This document shows, piece by piece, positions 36,891 to 45,632 of a DNA stretch of 64,000 bases (positions are counted from its first letter, which is position 1; every line of letters starts with the position of its first letter). Under the pieces are notes generated by a model that was not told the DNA's origin, made no database searches, and worked only from the letters and a program-made list of their open reading frames with translations. Location: assembly GCA_046155895.1 (NCBI GenBank), contig JBJXFB010000080.1, positions 23,350 to 87,349 of the forward strand, written 5' to 3'. The stretch is from Planctomycetota bacterium. Lineage in GTDB: Bacteria > Planctomycetota > UBA1135 > GCA-002686595. A program made the position numbers and the translations under genes.

Positions 36891-37829
36891 ATGCACTCTC
36901 TCCTCCACGGCGGCCTTCTCATGGCCGTCGCCACGACTCTCAACTTCTCCACCGGCGAAGGCAGCTCCGCGACCTGCGCGGATCGAACCGCGTCCGCTTC
37001 GTCCGTCGAGACCAAGACGATCGTCGAGACCGCCATCGGCGCCGGGAGCTTCAAGACCCTGGTCAAGGCCCTCGAAGCGGCCAATTTGGTCGATGCGCTG
37101 AAGGGACCGGGCCCCTTCACCGTCTTCGCGCCCAGCGATGAGGCCTTCGCCAAGCTCCCCAAGGGAACGCTCGAGAACCTGCTCAAGCCCGAGAACGCGG
37201 AGACCCTTTCGACCATCCTCACCTATCACGTCGTCTCCGGCGATGTTCGTGCCGAGAAGGTCGTCAAGCTGAATTCGGCCACCGCCCTCAACGGTCAACG
37301 CATCGCCGTGAACGTCGACAAGGCCGGCGTGCGAGTGGCCGGGTCTGGCGTGGTCAAGACCGACATCGCCTGCAGCAATGGCGTCATCCACATCGTGGAT
37401 CAAGTGATGATGCCCGCCACGAAGAACCTCGTGACGACCGCGGTCGACGCGGGCCAGTTCAAGATCCTCGCCAAGGCTCTGGGCGCGGCCGGCCTGGTCG
37501 AGGCGCTCTCCGGCAAGGGTCCGTTCACGGTCTTCGCGCCCACGGACGAGGCCTTCGGCAAGCTGCCGAAGGGCACCCTCGAGAGTCTCCTCGAACCCGC
37601 CAACAAGGAGAAACTCGTCGAGATCCTCCAGCTCCACGTGGTTGGCAGCCGCGTGTACGCCGACCAGCTTTCGAACTCGGTCATCGAGACCCTGGGCGGT
37701 GGCAAGGTGAAGATCGAGGTTGGCGAGGACGGTGTGATGGTCGGCGAGGCGAACGTGAAGAAGGCTGACCTGGAGACCACCAACGGCGTGATCCACGTGA
37801 TCGATCGCGTGCTCCTTCCTGGAGCGTGA
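36891..37829 (+). CDS. fasciclin domain-containing protein (two FAS1 domains)
   Basis: Two copies of the pattern TIVETA...[40 protein letters not shown]...L..IL.YHVV......NGVIH.VD.V..P. Confidence 0.9.
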   Translation: MHSLLHGGLLMAVATTLNFSTGEGSSATCADRTASASSVETKTIVETAIGAGSFKTLVKALEAANLVDALKGPGPFTVFAPSDEAFAKLPKGTLENLLKPENAETLSTILTYHVVSGDVRAEKVVKLNSATALNGQRIAVNVDKAGVRVAGSGVVKTDIACSNGVIHIVDQVMMPATKNLVTTAVDAGQFKILAKALGAAGLVEALSGKGPFTVFAPTDEAFGKLPKGTLESLLEPANKEKLVEILQLHVVGSRVYADQLSNSVIETLGGGKVKIEVGEDGVMVGEANVKKADLETTNGVIHVIDRVLLPGA

Positions 37830-37866
37830 CCTTCCTCTCCTCTTCTCTCCCCTCCTCTTCTGTCAG

Positions 37867-37903
37867 CCCCGGCTCCACCCGCTGGAGTCGGGGCTTTTCT
37901 TTC
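37867..37903 (+). terminator. rho-independent terminator after the fasciclin gene
   Basis: CCCCGGCTCCA (37867-37877) pairs with TGGAGTCGGGG (37883-37893). This gives an 11-bp stem with one G-U and a 5-nt loop, followed by CTTTTCTTTC. Confidence 0.7.
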
Positions 37904-38363
37904 ACCCCGAGCCGATTCCCCTCACCACGTCTGCCCGAAAAAAAGCCCAAGCGCTGATCTTCGCCGCCGCCGGGTTGTCGTTCTTCCTGTCGGTCTACCT
38001 CTGGTTCCTGGTCGATCGTGAGCAAGGGCTGTTCGTCGGAGTCTGGGTTCCCTCCATCCTCTCCTTCGGCGCCCTGTCGCTGATGGGGGGAGGTGAGACC
38101 CGTGAGCAATCTCTTCCTCTTCGACGACTCCGCCGCCGAACCTGCCAACCCGAACTCGCCGCCGATCCGCGTCTGCGAGGGCTGGCGCTCGGTGGACGAG
38201 GTGTGACTGTCCTGCTTCACGCTGGTCCCCGATCAACCGCAGCACCTTCCGGACCTCTGGCGATTCGCGCCTCCTCCACGCGCTCGGGCGCGCTGGAGTC
38301 GGGCGCCGGATCACGCGGGCGTCTGGCGTGGACCCTGGGGCACATCGATACGAATCGTCCGGG

Positions 38364-39830
38364 CTAGCCGTTCCCCGGCGAGGCCCCGGCTGTTCCCGGG
38401 GACGACTCTTCGCCGAAGCCGCCGCCCAGCGCCGCATAGAGGGCGACAAGGTCGGCGAGCAGATCCGCGTCGCTCGTGGCCACCTGGTCGTCGAGCTCGG
38501 CTCCCACGCGCTCCGAGTCGAGCACGACCTGGAAATCGGCGAGGCCCTCGCGGTACTGCGTGCGCGCCAGCCCGACCGCGCGGCGCGCCTGGGCGGCGCC
38601 GGCCTCGACCGAGCGGCGACGTTCGTGCCCGCGGACGTAGGAGGTCAAGCTGTTCTCCGCCTCCTCGAGCGCCCTGAGCACGGTGTGCTCCCATGCGATC
38701 ATGGCCTCCTCGGCGCGCGCGTCCTGCGCCTCGACGCGAGCGCGCAGGCGACCGCCGTCGAACAGGCTCCAGCGCAGCGAGGGCCCCAGTCCCCACGCGC
38801 CGCTGTCGCTCTCGAACAAGTCGCCGACGCGGGTGGTGGCGAGGCCCAGGTCGCCAGCCAGCGTGAGCCGCGGGTACAGGTCAGCCTGCGCGACGCCGAT
38901 GCGGGCGACCTCGGCGGCGAGCGCGCGCTCGGCCCGTCGGACGTCCGGCCGCCGCCGCAGCAGGTCGGCGGGAACGCCGACGGCTACCCGCTCGGGCGCC
39001 CGCGGCAGTGCCCTCAGCTCCTGGAGCGCCTGTCCTAGGTAGCCCGGAGCGCGGCCCACCAGGACCGCCAGGCGGTTCTCGGCGCGGCGCGTGCCGATCT
39101 CGAGCGCAGGGACGCGAGCGCGGGTCGCCTCGACGTTCGTCGCAGCCTGGGCCACGTCTCGCTCGTCGACGAGTCCAGCTTCGTAGCGCGAGCGCACCAG
39201 GGCCAACGAATCCTCCTGCAGCGCGAGGTGGGTGCGGGCGATCGCGAGACGGTTCTGGAATGCGCGCAGGTCCACGTACGCGGTCGCCGTCTCGGCTGCG
39301 ACCAGCACCGCCACGGCCCGCGCGTCCTCGAGGGTGGCGTCGAGGTCGGCCTCGACGGCCTCGATCGAGCGCCGCACGCGGCCCCAGAGATCCACCTCCC
39401 ACGACGCGGCCAAACCGAACCTGTGGGTGGTCGCCTCGGGCGCGAACGCGCCGAACGGAGTGCTGTCGCTCTCGTCGCGGCGCACGACGGAGGCTTCGAG
39501 GTCGAGCGCGGGCCGCAGCTCGCCTTCCACGATGCCCGCGACCGCGCGTGCGCGGCGCACGCGGGCCAGGGCCTCGCGCAGATCCGGCCCGCGCGTCAGT
39601 GCCTGCTCGATCAGGTCGTCGAGCAGCGGTTCGTCGAGCTGCCGCCACCAGCGCGCAAGCGCGGGCGCGTCCGGTGCCAGCCACTGACTCTCCAGCCCGC
39701 TCCACGTGTCGGGCACGTCGATGACGGGCGGTTCGTAGTCGCGACCGAGGGTCGTGCAGCTCGCGAGCAGGATGGGAACGATCGCGCTGAAGATGCGTCC
39801 CCGGAGCGCGTTCAGGTTGATGTAGGTCAT
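38364..39830 (-). CDS. RND efflux outer-membrane factor lipoprotein (NodT family)
   Basis: Lipobox PILLASC. Two-repeat OMF pattern with LDLEASV, DLWGRVRR and QADLYPRLTL. Last gene of the MFP-RND-OMF series. Confidence 0.9.
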   Translation of the reverse strand: MTYINLNALRGRIFSAIVPILLASCTTLGRDYEPPVIDVPDTWSGLESQWLAPDAPALARWWRQLDEPLLDDLIEQALTRGPDLREALARVRRARAVAGIVEGELRPALDLEASVVRRDESDSTPFGAFAPEATTHRFGLAASWEVDLWGRVRRSIEAVEADLDATLEDARAVAVLVAAETATAYVDLRAFQNRLAIARTHLALQEDSLALVRSRYEAGLVDERDVAQAATNVEATRARVPALEIGTRRAENRLAVLVGRAPGYLGQALQELRALPRAPERVAVGVPADLLRRRPDVRRAERALAAEVARIGVAQADLYPRLTLAGDLGLATTRVGDLFESDSGAWGLGPSLRWSLFDGGRLRARVEAQDARAEEAMIAWEHTVLRALEEAENSLTSYVRGHERRRSVEAGAAQARRAVGLARTQYREGLADFQVVLDSERVGAELDDQVATSDADLLADLVALYAALGGGFGEESSPGTAGASPGNG

Positions 39831-39832
39831 GA

Positions 39833-42800
39833 CTACGCCACAGCCGGCGCGGCCGGAACGGGAGCCGCGGCAGCGGGCTCCGTGGAGGTCGAGGTCGCGC
39901 CGCGTTCGGCCGCGATCAGGGAGTAGAAGACGGGAACGACGAAGAGGGTGAAGAGGGTCCCGAGGGTCACGCCGGTCACGAGCACCGTGCCTATGCTGTT
40001 GCGCGCCTCTGCCCCGGGTCCGGTGACGAACACGAGCGGCAGGTGGCCGAACACCGTCGCCGCGGTCGTCATCAGGACCGGGCGCAGGCGCGTCGAGGCG
40101 GCCTCGCGCAGGGCGGCGAGCTTCGCGAGCCCCTCCTCCTGCAGCTTGTTGGCGAACTCGACGATCAGGATGCCGTTCTTCGCGACCAGCCCCACGAGGG
40201 TGATGAGACCCACCTGCGAATAGATGTTGATCGTCGTGAGCTCGAGGTAGGCGAAGACCAACGCGCCCGAGATTGCGAGGGGCACGGAGCCGAGCAGCAC
40301 GATCAGCGGGTCTCGGAAGCTGTGGAACTGCGCCGCCAGCACCAGGTAGATCATGGCGATGGCGAAGGCCAAGGAGACCGTCAACGCCGCGCCCTCGCGG
40401 CGGATCTGACGCGACTCGCCGGCGTGGTCGATCGACATGCCGGTCGGAAAGGCCGCACGGGCGGCCTCCTCGAGCACGCTCAGGGCCTCTTCCTTGGTGA
40501 CGCCCGGCAGGACGCCGCCGAAGATGCGCACGGCGTTGCGCTGCTGGAAGCGGTTGAGGGAGCGCGGGCCCGTGCTCGACTCGACCCGTGTGAACGTCGA
40601 GACTGGGACCAGGCGGCCGTCGGGGGTCTTGATCTTCAGGTCGAGCAGGGGCCCTAGGTCACCGCGCCGCTCCGTCGCGAGCTGCGGGATGACCTTGTAG
40701 CTGCGGTCGTGGTAGTTGAAGCGGTTGACGTAGCCGCCGCCGAGGAGCGTGCCGAGCTCGCCGCCGACCGACGCCAAGTCGATGCCGAGGTCGGCGACGC
40801 GATCGCGGTCGACGACGACGCGCGACTCCGGGCGGTCGATCTTGAGGTCGGTGTCGACGTACAGGAACTTGCCGCTCGCCCAGCCCGCTCCGACGACGGC
40901 GCCGACCGTCTCGAGGAACTCCTCGGGCGGCGCCTCGCTCTGCAGGACCAACTCCACGTCGTACTGGCCCGGCGTTGGGAGAGGGGGATCGAGGCGCGGG
41001 AACACCCGCAGGCCGGGGACCTTCGAGACCGCGGCGAACAGCTCGCCGTACAGCTCTTGCGTCGAGCGCTTGCGCGAGCGCCAGTCCTCGGTGGCCATGC
41101 CGCCGAAGCCCCCCCACGCGCCGACCAGGGACCACATGAAGCGCGCCTCCGGTAGCGCGGTGACGGCCTCGACGACTCGAAGGGACTCGCGGTCGACGGC
41201 CTCGAGGGTCGCGTCAGGCGCGGCCTCGAAGAACAGGCTCACGTGACTCTGGTCCTCCACCGGGGCGAGCTCGCGCCGCGCGCCGCCGTACAGCGGCCAG
41301 GCTGCAGCGGTCACCAGCGTGGCCGCGACGACAAGCCCCCATCGCATGCCGAGGGCCTTGTCGAGCAGCCGCTCATAGCCGGAGCGCACCGACTCGAAGC
41401 CGCGGTTGACGAAACGGGTCAGGCGGCCTTGCCGTCCGCTGGGGTGCACGAATCGCGAGCTCATCAGCGGGGAGAGGGTCAGGGCGACGATGCCCGAGAC
41501 CACGACCGCGGCTGCCAGCGTGATGGCGAACTCGAGGAACAGCGAACCCGTCAGCCCGCCTTGGAAAGCGAGTGGCGTGTACACGGCAGCCAGCGTGATC
41601 GTCATCGCGACGATCGGCCCGAACAGCTCGCGCCCGGCGACGAGTGCGGCATCGCGGCGGCTCTTGCCCAGGCGGACGTGACGCTCCACGTTTTCGACGA
41701 CGACGATCGCGTCGTCGACGACGAGCCCGACCGCGAGCACGATGGCGAGGATCGTCAGCAGGTTGAGGCTGAACCCGAGGGCGACCATCACGATCGTCGC
41801 GCCGATCAGCGACACGGGCATCGCGACGAGGGGCACGAGGGCCGTGCGCAGCGAGCCGAGGAACAGGTACACGACCAGGCCGACGATCAGGATCGTCTCG
41901 ACCAGGGTCTTCGTGATCTCGGACAGCGCGTCGCTCATGAAGAGGGTGCCGTCCCAGACCAGGCGCATCTCGACGTCCGCGGGCAGCGTCGGCCGGATCC
42001 GGTCGAGCTCCGCGCGCAGTCGACTGGCAACGTCCAGTTCGTTCGTGCCGATGACCGTCCAGACACCGAGGTAGACGCTCTGCTCGTCGTTGTACTTCGC
42101 GACCAGGTCCGCGTCCTCGGCGCCGAGCTCCACGCGCGCGACGTCGCGCAGGCGCACAATCGCTCCGTCGCCGTGGGCTACGATCAAGTCCTCGAACTCC
42201 GCGGTCGTGCGCAAGTCGGTGTCCGCGAGCAGGTCGACCTGCACGGCGTTGCCTTTGATCTGTCCGACCGCGGCCAGGTAGTTGTTGCGCCACAGCGCCT
42301 CGTGAACGTCGCCCGGGGACAGGTTGTAGGCCGCGAGCGCGTCGGGATCGATCCAGACGCGCATCGCGATCTGCCGGCCGCCCTCGTGGCTCGTGACGCG
42401 CTGGACGCCTTCGAGCGTCGAGAGCTGCGGTTTGACCGTGCGCACGAGCAGGTCGGTCAGGATCGACGTGCTGCGCTCCTGCGACGTGAAGCTGACGTAG
42501 AACGTGGCGTAGGGGCGGTCGGCGCGCTGGATCTCGATACGCGGCGGCTCGGCCTCGCTCGGCAGCTCGGAAAGCACTCCTTGCAGCCGCGCGCTGACCT
42601 CCGCGAGAGCGGCCGTCGAGCTGTGGTCGAGTTTCAGGCGCACGTTCACGGTGCTGAGACCGGCGCGGCTCGAGGACTCGACGTGGTCGACGCCGCTGAT
42701 CGCGGAGACGGCGTTCTCGATGGGTGTGGTCAGGAAACCCGCAACCGTCTCTGCGCTGGCGCCCGTGTAGACGGTCGTGATCACGATCGAGGAACTCTCG

Positions 42801-42922
42801 ATCTGCGGGAATTGCTGCACCGGGAGCGCGGAGACCGCGCGCCATCCGACCAGGAGCAGGACCAGGTTGACGACCACCGCGAGGACGGGGTGGCGTACGA
42901 AGACGTCGGTCAAGGATCGCAT
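39833..42922 (-). CDS. efflux RND transporter permease subunit (AcrB/HAE1-like)
   Basis: 1029 aa. FVRHPVLAVVVNL..., 12 TM helices with two large periplasmic loops. LAIVLAVGLVVDDAIVVVENVERH and GLVAKNGILIVEFAN. Confidence 0.95.
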   Translation of the reverse strand: MRSLTDVFVRHPVLAVVVNLVLLLVGWRAVSALPVQQFPQIESSSIVITTVYTGASAETVAGFLTTPIENAVSAISGVDHVESSSRAGLSTVNVRLKLDHSSTAALAEVSARLQGVLSELPSEAEPPRIEIQRADRPYATFYVSFTSQERSTSILTDLLVRTVKPQLSTLEGVQRVTSHEGGRQIAMRVWIDPDALAAYNLSPGDVHEALWRNNYLAAVGQIKGNAVQVDLLADTDLRTTAEFEDLIVAHGDGAIVRLRDVARVELGAEDADLVAKYNDEQSVYLGVWTVIGTNELDVASRLRAELDRIRPTLPADVEMRLVWDGTLFMSDALSEITKTLVETILIVGLVVYLFLGSLRTALVPLVAMPVSLIGATIVMVALGFSLNLLTILAIVLAVGLVVDDAIVVVENVERHVRLGKSRRDAALVAGRELFGPIVAMTITLAAVYTPLAFQGGLTGSLFLEFAITLAAAVVVSGIVALTLSPLMSSRFVHPSGRQGRLTRFVNRGFESVRSGYERLLDKALGMRWGLVVAATLVTAAAWPLYGGARRELAPVEDQSHVSLFFEAAPDATLEAVDRESLRVVEAVTALPEARFMWSLVGAWGGFGGMATEDWRSRKRSTQELYGELFAAVSKVPGLRVFPRLDPPLPTPGQYDVELVLQSEAPPEEFLETVGAVVGAGWASGKFLYVDTDLKIDRPESRVVVDRDRVADLGIDLASVGGELGTLLGGGYVNRFNYHDRSYKVIPQLATERRGDLGPLLDLKIKTPDGRLVPVSTFTRVESSTGPRSLNRFQQRNAVRIFGGVLPGVTKEEALSVLEEAARAAFPTGMSIDHAGESRQIRREGAALTVSLAFAIAMIYLVLAAQFHSFRDPLIVLLGSVPLAISGALVFAYLELTTINIYSQVGLITLVGLVAKNGILIVEFANKLQEEGLAKLAALREAASTRLRPVLMTTAATVFGHLPLVFVTGPGAEARNSIGTVLVTGVTLGTLFTLFVVPVFYSLIAAERGATSTSTEPAAAAPVPAAPAVA

Positions 42923-42933
42923 GGTGGGATTCC

Positions 42934-44187
42934 TCAGCGGGCGGCTTGGGCCGCGTGATCGTGTCGATCCGTCAGCGCGACGCGCGCGCCGTCGAAGAGC
43001 TTGAACGAGCCTGCGGCGGCGACGCGTTCGCCGGCGGCAAGGCCCTGTGCAATGACGACCTCGTCGCCAAGGAGGGGACCGCTGACGACGTCGCGGCGCG
43101 CGGCGCGCAGCACGTCCGCCGCGTCGGGCGCGACGACGAACACGTATTCGCCCGCCGGGCCGCGGCGCAGCGCACTGTTCGGAAGCACGACGGCCGTCAT
43201 CGGTGCGCTGAGCGGCACGCGCAGCACGACGGAGGAGCCCGGCACGAGCCGGTGTTGCGGGTCCTCGACCCGCGCCCGGACCCCGATGCTGCGGGTCGCG
43301 GAATCCACGCGTGCGTCGAGCGCTAGGACCTCGGCCGTCAGGCGCTGCTCCCCTTCGGTGAGCAGCGCCGCCAGGCGTGAACCGACGGGCAGTTTCTCGG
43401 CCTGGTGCTGGGGCAAGGCGAAGTCGACGTGCACCGCATCGTCGACGCCCTGCAACGTCGTCAGCAGCGTGCCGCTCTCGAGGAACTGGCCGGGGTGGAC
43501 GTCGGCCAGGCCGACCCGCGCCCGGAAAGGCGCGCGGATCGTCTTGCGCTCGATCAAGGACTCGTGGCGCTCGACCCGGGCGAGTGCGATCTCGAGCTGC
43601 GAGCGCGCTCGATCGAGGTCCGCGGCGGCTGCGCCGTTGCCCTCGTGCGCGCGCTGCACACGACCGAGCAGAGTCTGGGCCAGGCTGGCGTCGGCACGCA
43701 GGGAACGCAGCTCGGCCTGCTCGACGTCGACGTCGAGGGCGACCAGGAGGGCGCCCTCCTCGACGACATCACCCGCCTGCAGATGCACCTCGCGGACGGT
43801 GCCGGGCAATTCGTTGCGCAGGCTGACGGAGCGCAGGGCGCGCACCGTGCCGATCGCGGTCGTGGTCGGCACCTGTTCGCGCGTCCCCGAGATCGCAGTC
43901 TCGATCACCTGTTCGAGCTCGGGCTTCGCGGCGAGCGTGCGGTCGGCCGCCGCGGTCGCGGCTTGCTTCCAGGCGCTGAGACCGAAGCCGCTCGCGAGGA
44001 CGGCCGCGACGAGGCAGAGCGACGCGATCGTTCCCTTTCTGCCAGGCCGCGCTGCGGGGGGCGGGGGTGCGCCCGGCAACCTGGGCGAGGCTCCGGGAAG
44101 ACCCTCGCGCACGATCGGCGCCGGCGAGTCGTCCCGCGTGAAGTCGGTGACCGTGGGATGGGAACCGTTGGTTAGGTGCGGATGCAT
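42934..44187 (-). CDS. efflux RND transporter periplasmic adaptor (MFP/HlyD_D23 family)
   Basis: TM anchor IASLCLVAAVLASGF, then alpha-hairpin, lipoyl and beta-barrel order (GTVREVHLQAGDVVEEGALLVALD...IRAPFRARVG...). The exact start is uncertain. Confidence 0.85.
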   Translation of the reverse strand: MHPHLTNGSHPTVTDFTRDDSPAPIVREGLPGASPRLPGAPPPPAARPGRKGTIASLCLVAAVLASGFGLSAWKQAATAAADRTLAAKPELEQVIETAISGTREQVPTTTAIGTVRALRSVSLRNELPGTVREVHLQAGDVVEEGALLVALDVDVEQAELRSLRADASLAQTLLGRVQRAHEGNGAAAADLDRARSQLEIALARVERHESLIERKTIRAPFRARVGLADVHPGQFLESGTLLTTLQGVDDAVHVDFALPQHQAEKLPVGSRLAALLTEGEQRLTAEVLALDARVDSATRSIGVRARVEDPQHRLVPGSSVVLRVPLSAPMTAVVLPNSALRRGPAGEYVFVVAPDAADVLRAARRDVVSGPLLGDEVVIAQGLAAGERVAAAGSFKLFDGARVALTDRHDHAAQAAR

Positions 44188-44352
44188 GTTTCGAATCTTC
44201 GGAGAAGGAGTGGATCGGTTCGTGGACTTGCTCGGTGCCCCCGGAGTTGGGAGAGCAGACGTAGGCGGCGCCGGGCCCTTACACCGATTCGGGCGCCCTT
44301 CACGTCGGGCGCGCGGTTCCGTGTGGAGTGCCCGGTCGAGGGTCGCGTCGGA

Positions 44353-44793
44353 TCACGACTGCCGGTGTTGGGACAGGCGACGGTCGAGGGACAGGCGTCC
44401 ACCGCCCATGACGACGAGGACCGCGGCGAGTGTCGCGAGCAGGATGTGGAACTCGAAGCCCTCCCCCGCCTGTGCGCCGGACCAGTTCATGAAGAACCCG
44501 TGGGCGAGGTGCTCGTTCCAGACCGCGCCGGCCATGATCGCCACGAAAGCGCCCGCGATCGGGCGCGTCGCCAGCCCGGCGATCAGGAGCAGCGGCCCGA
44601 AGAATTCGAGAAGGATGATCGCGACCCCGGCGAACGCCGGAAGCCCGATGCTCCCGGTGAAGTACCCGAGCGTCCCCTCGAATCCGTAGCCGCCGAACCA
44701 GCCGAGGAGTTTCTGGGCGCCGTGAGCGAACATGACGACGCTGAGCCCAGCGCGCGCGATCAGAGGAGCGACGTTGTCCGAGGTCGCGAGCAT
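44353..44793 (-). CDS. DoxX family membrane protein
   Basis: I prefer ATG 44793 (MLATSDNVAPLIARAGLSVVMFAHGAQKLLGWFGGYGFEG). Four TM helices. The 29-codon extension from 44880 is low-complexity (STSTSTS) and covers a palindromic operator. Confidence 0.8.
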   Translation of the reverse strand: MLATSDNVAPLIARAGLSVVMFAHGAQKLLGWFGGYGFEGTLGYFTGSIGLPAFAGVAIILLEFFGPLLLIAGLATRPIAGAFVAIMAGAVWNEHLAHGFFMNWSGAQAGEGFEFHILLATLAAVLVVMGGGRLSLDRRLSQHRQS

Positions 44794-44826
44794 CGCGTGG
44801 AGACGAGATGCACGCCCAGGCAACTG

Positions 44827-44838
44827 TTGACTAGTCAA
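44827..44838. promoter_or_regulatory. perfect 12-bp palindrome TTGACTAGTCAA between marR and doxX (candidate MarR operator)
   Basis: It is self-complementary by direct reading. It shares TTGAC/GTCAA half-sites with the palindromes upstream of marR (45409-45428). Confidence 0.5.
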
Positions 44839-44846
44839 TGAAATGG

Positions 44847-44873
44847 TGGAAGAAGTGGAAGTGGAAGTGGAAG
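44847..44873. repeat. hexanucleotide tandem repeat (GTGGAA)n, four copies (one offset by GAA)
   Basis: GTGGAA at 44847, 44856, 44862 and 44868, in the marR-doxX intergenic region. On the minus strand it reads TTCCAC repeats. Confidence 0.8.
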
Positions 44874-44899
44874 AGTTCATGGGACGGTTTCTCTCTGGG

Positions 44900-45382
44900 T
44901 CAGGGTTGGTGGATCCGAACCTTGTTCAGTAGGCGGATCCAGGTCGCCACCTCACCGGGGGTGAGGCAGTCGAGACACATGTCGTCGAGGCCATCCATGG
45001 CCTCGTCGAGTTCCTCGAGTTCCCGCAGGCCCGCTTTCGTGATCTTGCAGACCACTTGGCGGCGGTCCTCGGGACTGCGGTCGCGCTCCACCAGCCCTTT
45101 CGAGGCAAGGCGGTCGATCAGTCGCGTGATGCCTGGTGCGCGCTCCACCAAGCGATCGGGAATCGCGAGCGTCGGGAGACCGGCAACACCAGCGCCGCGC
45201 AGGATCCGCAGCACGTTGTACTGCTGCAGCGTGAGGTCGCCGCGTGCGCCCAGGATGTCCGCGAAGCGGCGCCGCACGGCGTCCGTCGTGAGCAGCAAGG
45301 CCAGGATGGCCTCTTGCCTGCGCGAACGAAACGGCTTGGTCTGGTGGAGGGCTTCGCTCACGGTTCGGGGCTTGGGCCGCAT
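44900..45382 (-). CDS. MarR family transcriptional regulator
   Basis: ATG 45382 (MRPKPRTVSEAL). Winged-helix LTLQQYNVLRILRGAG..GLPTLAIPDRLVERAPGITRLIDRLASKGLVERDRSPEDRRQV. Confidence 0.85.
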   Translation of the reverse strand: MRPKPRTVSEALHQTKPFRSRRQEAILALLLTTDAVRRRFADILGARGDLTLQQYNVLRILRGAGVAGLPTLAIPDRLVERAPGITRLIDRLASKGLVERDRSPEDRRQVVCKITKAGLRELEELDEAMDGLDDMCLDCLTPGEVATWIRLLNKVRIHQP

Positions 45383-45391
45383 GCTGGCTGC

Positions 45392-45428
45392 ATTCTGGTG
45401 GGGAATAGTTGATGTGTCAAGTATTGAC
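45392..45428 (-). promoter_or_regulatory. marR promoter with overlapping palindromic operators
   Basis: On the minus strand: TTGACA (plus 45415-45420), a 17-nt spacer, then CAGAAT (plus 45392-45397), only 9 nt before the ATG. Overlapping inverted repeats are TTGAtgtgTCAA (45409-45420) and GTCAAgtaTTGAC (45416-45428). Confidence 0.5.
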
Positions 45429-45632
45429 TTGGAGATCATCATGCGGGCGCGCCTCCCCGCGTTTCGCCTCGGCCTGGGCCCAGGCGCAGGGACGTGACCT
45501 GCTCCGCCCCGCCAGAGCGGGCGTGGCAGGTCGGCTCCCCGGGCGCCAACCCCGGCGCTTGGGAGCACCACGCTCCGACGGCCGGGCTGCAGCTGGGAGC
45601 ACCACGCCCCGACGGCCGGGCACCAGCGCGGC

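Noticed and set aside
37975-38367. 130-aa plus-strand ORF in the gap after the fasciclin terminator.
   Set aside because: Only the first ~40 codons look like a membrane protein. The remainder is Arg/Gly/Leu/Ala-rich with no protein-like pattern, and the start codon would be TTG without an RBS. I report it only as a low-interest observation.
44794-44880. 29-codon N-terminal extension of DoxX (MNSSTSTSTSSTISLTSQQL...).
   Set aside because: It is low-complexity, generated by the GTGGAA repeat, and it contains the TTGACTAGTCAA palindrome. The DoxX family core starts at ATG 44793. I kept it as an alternative in the repeat finding.
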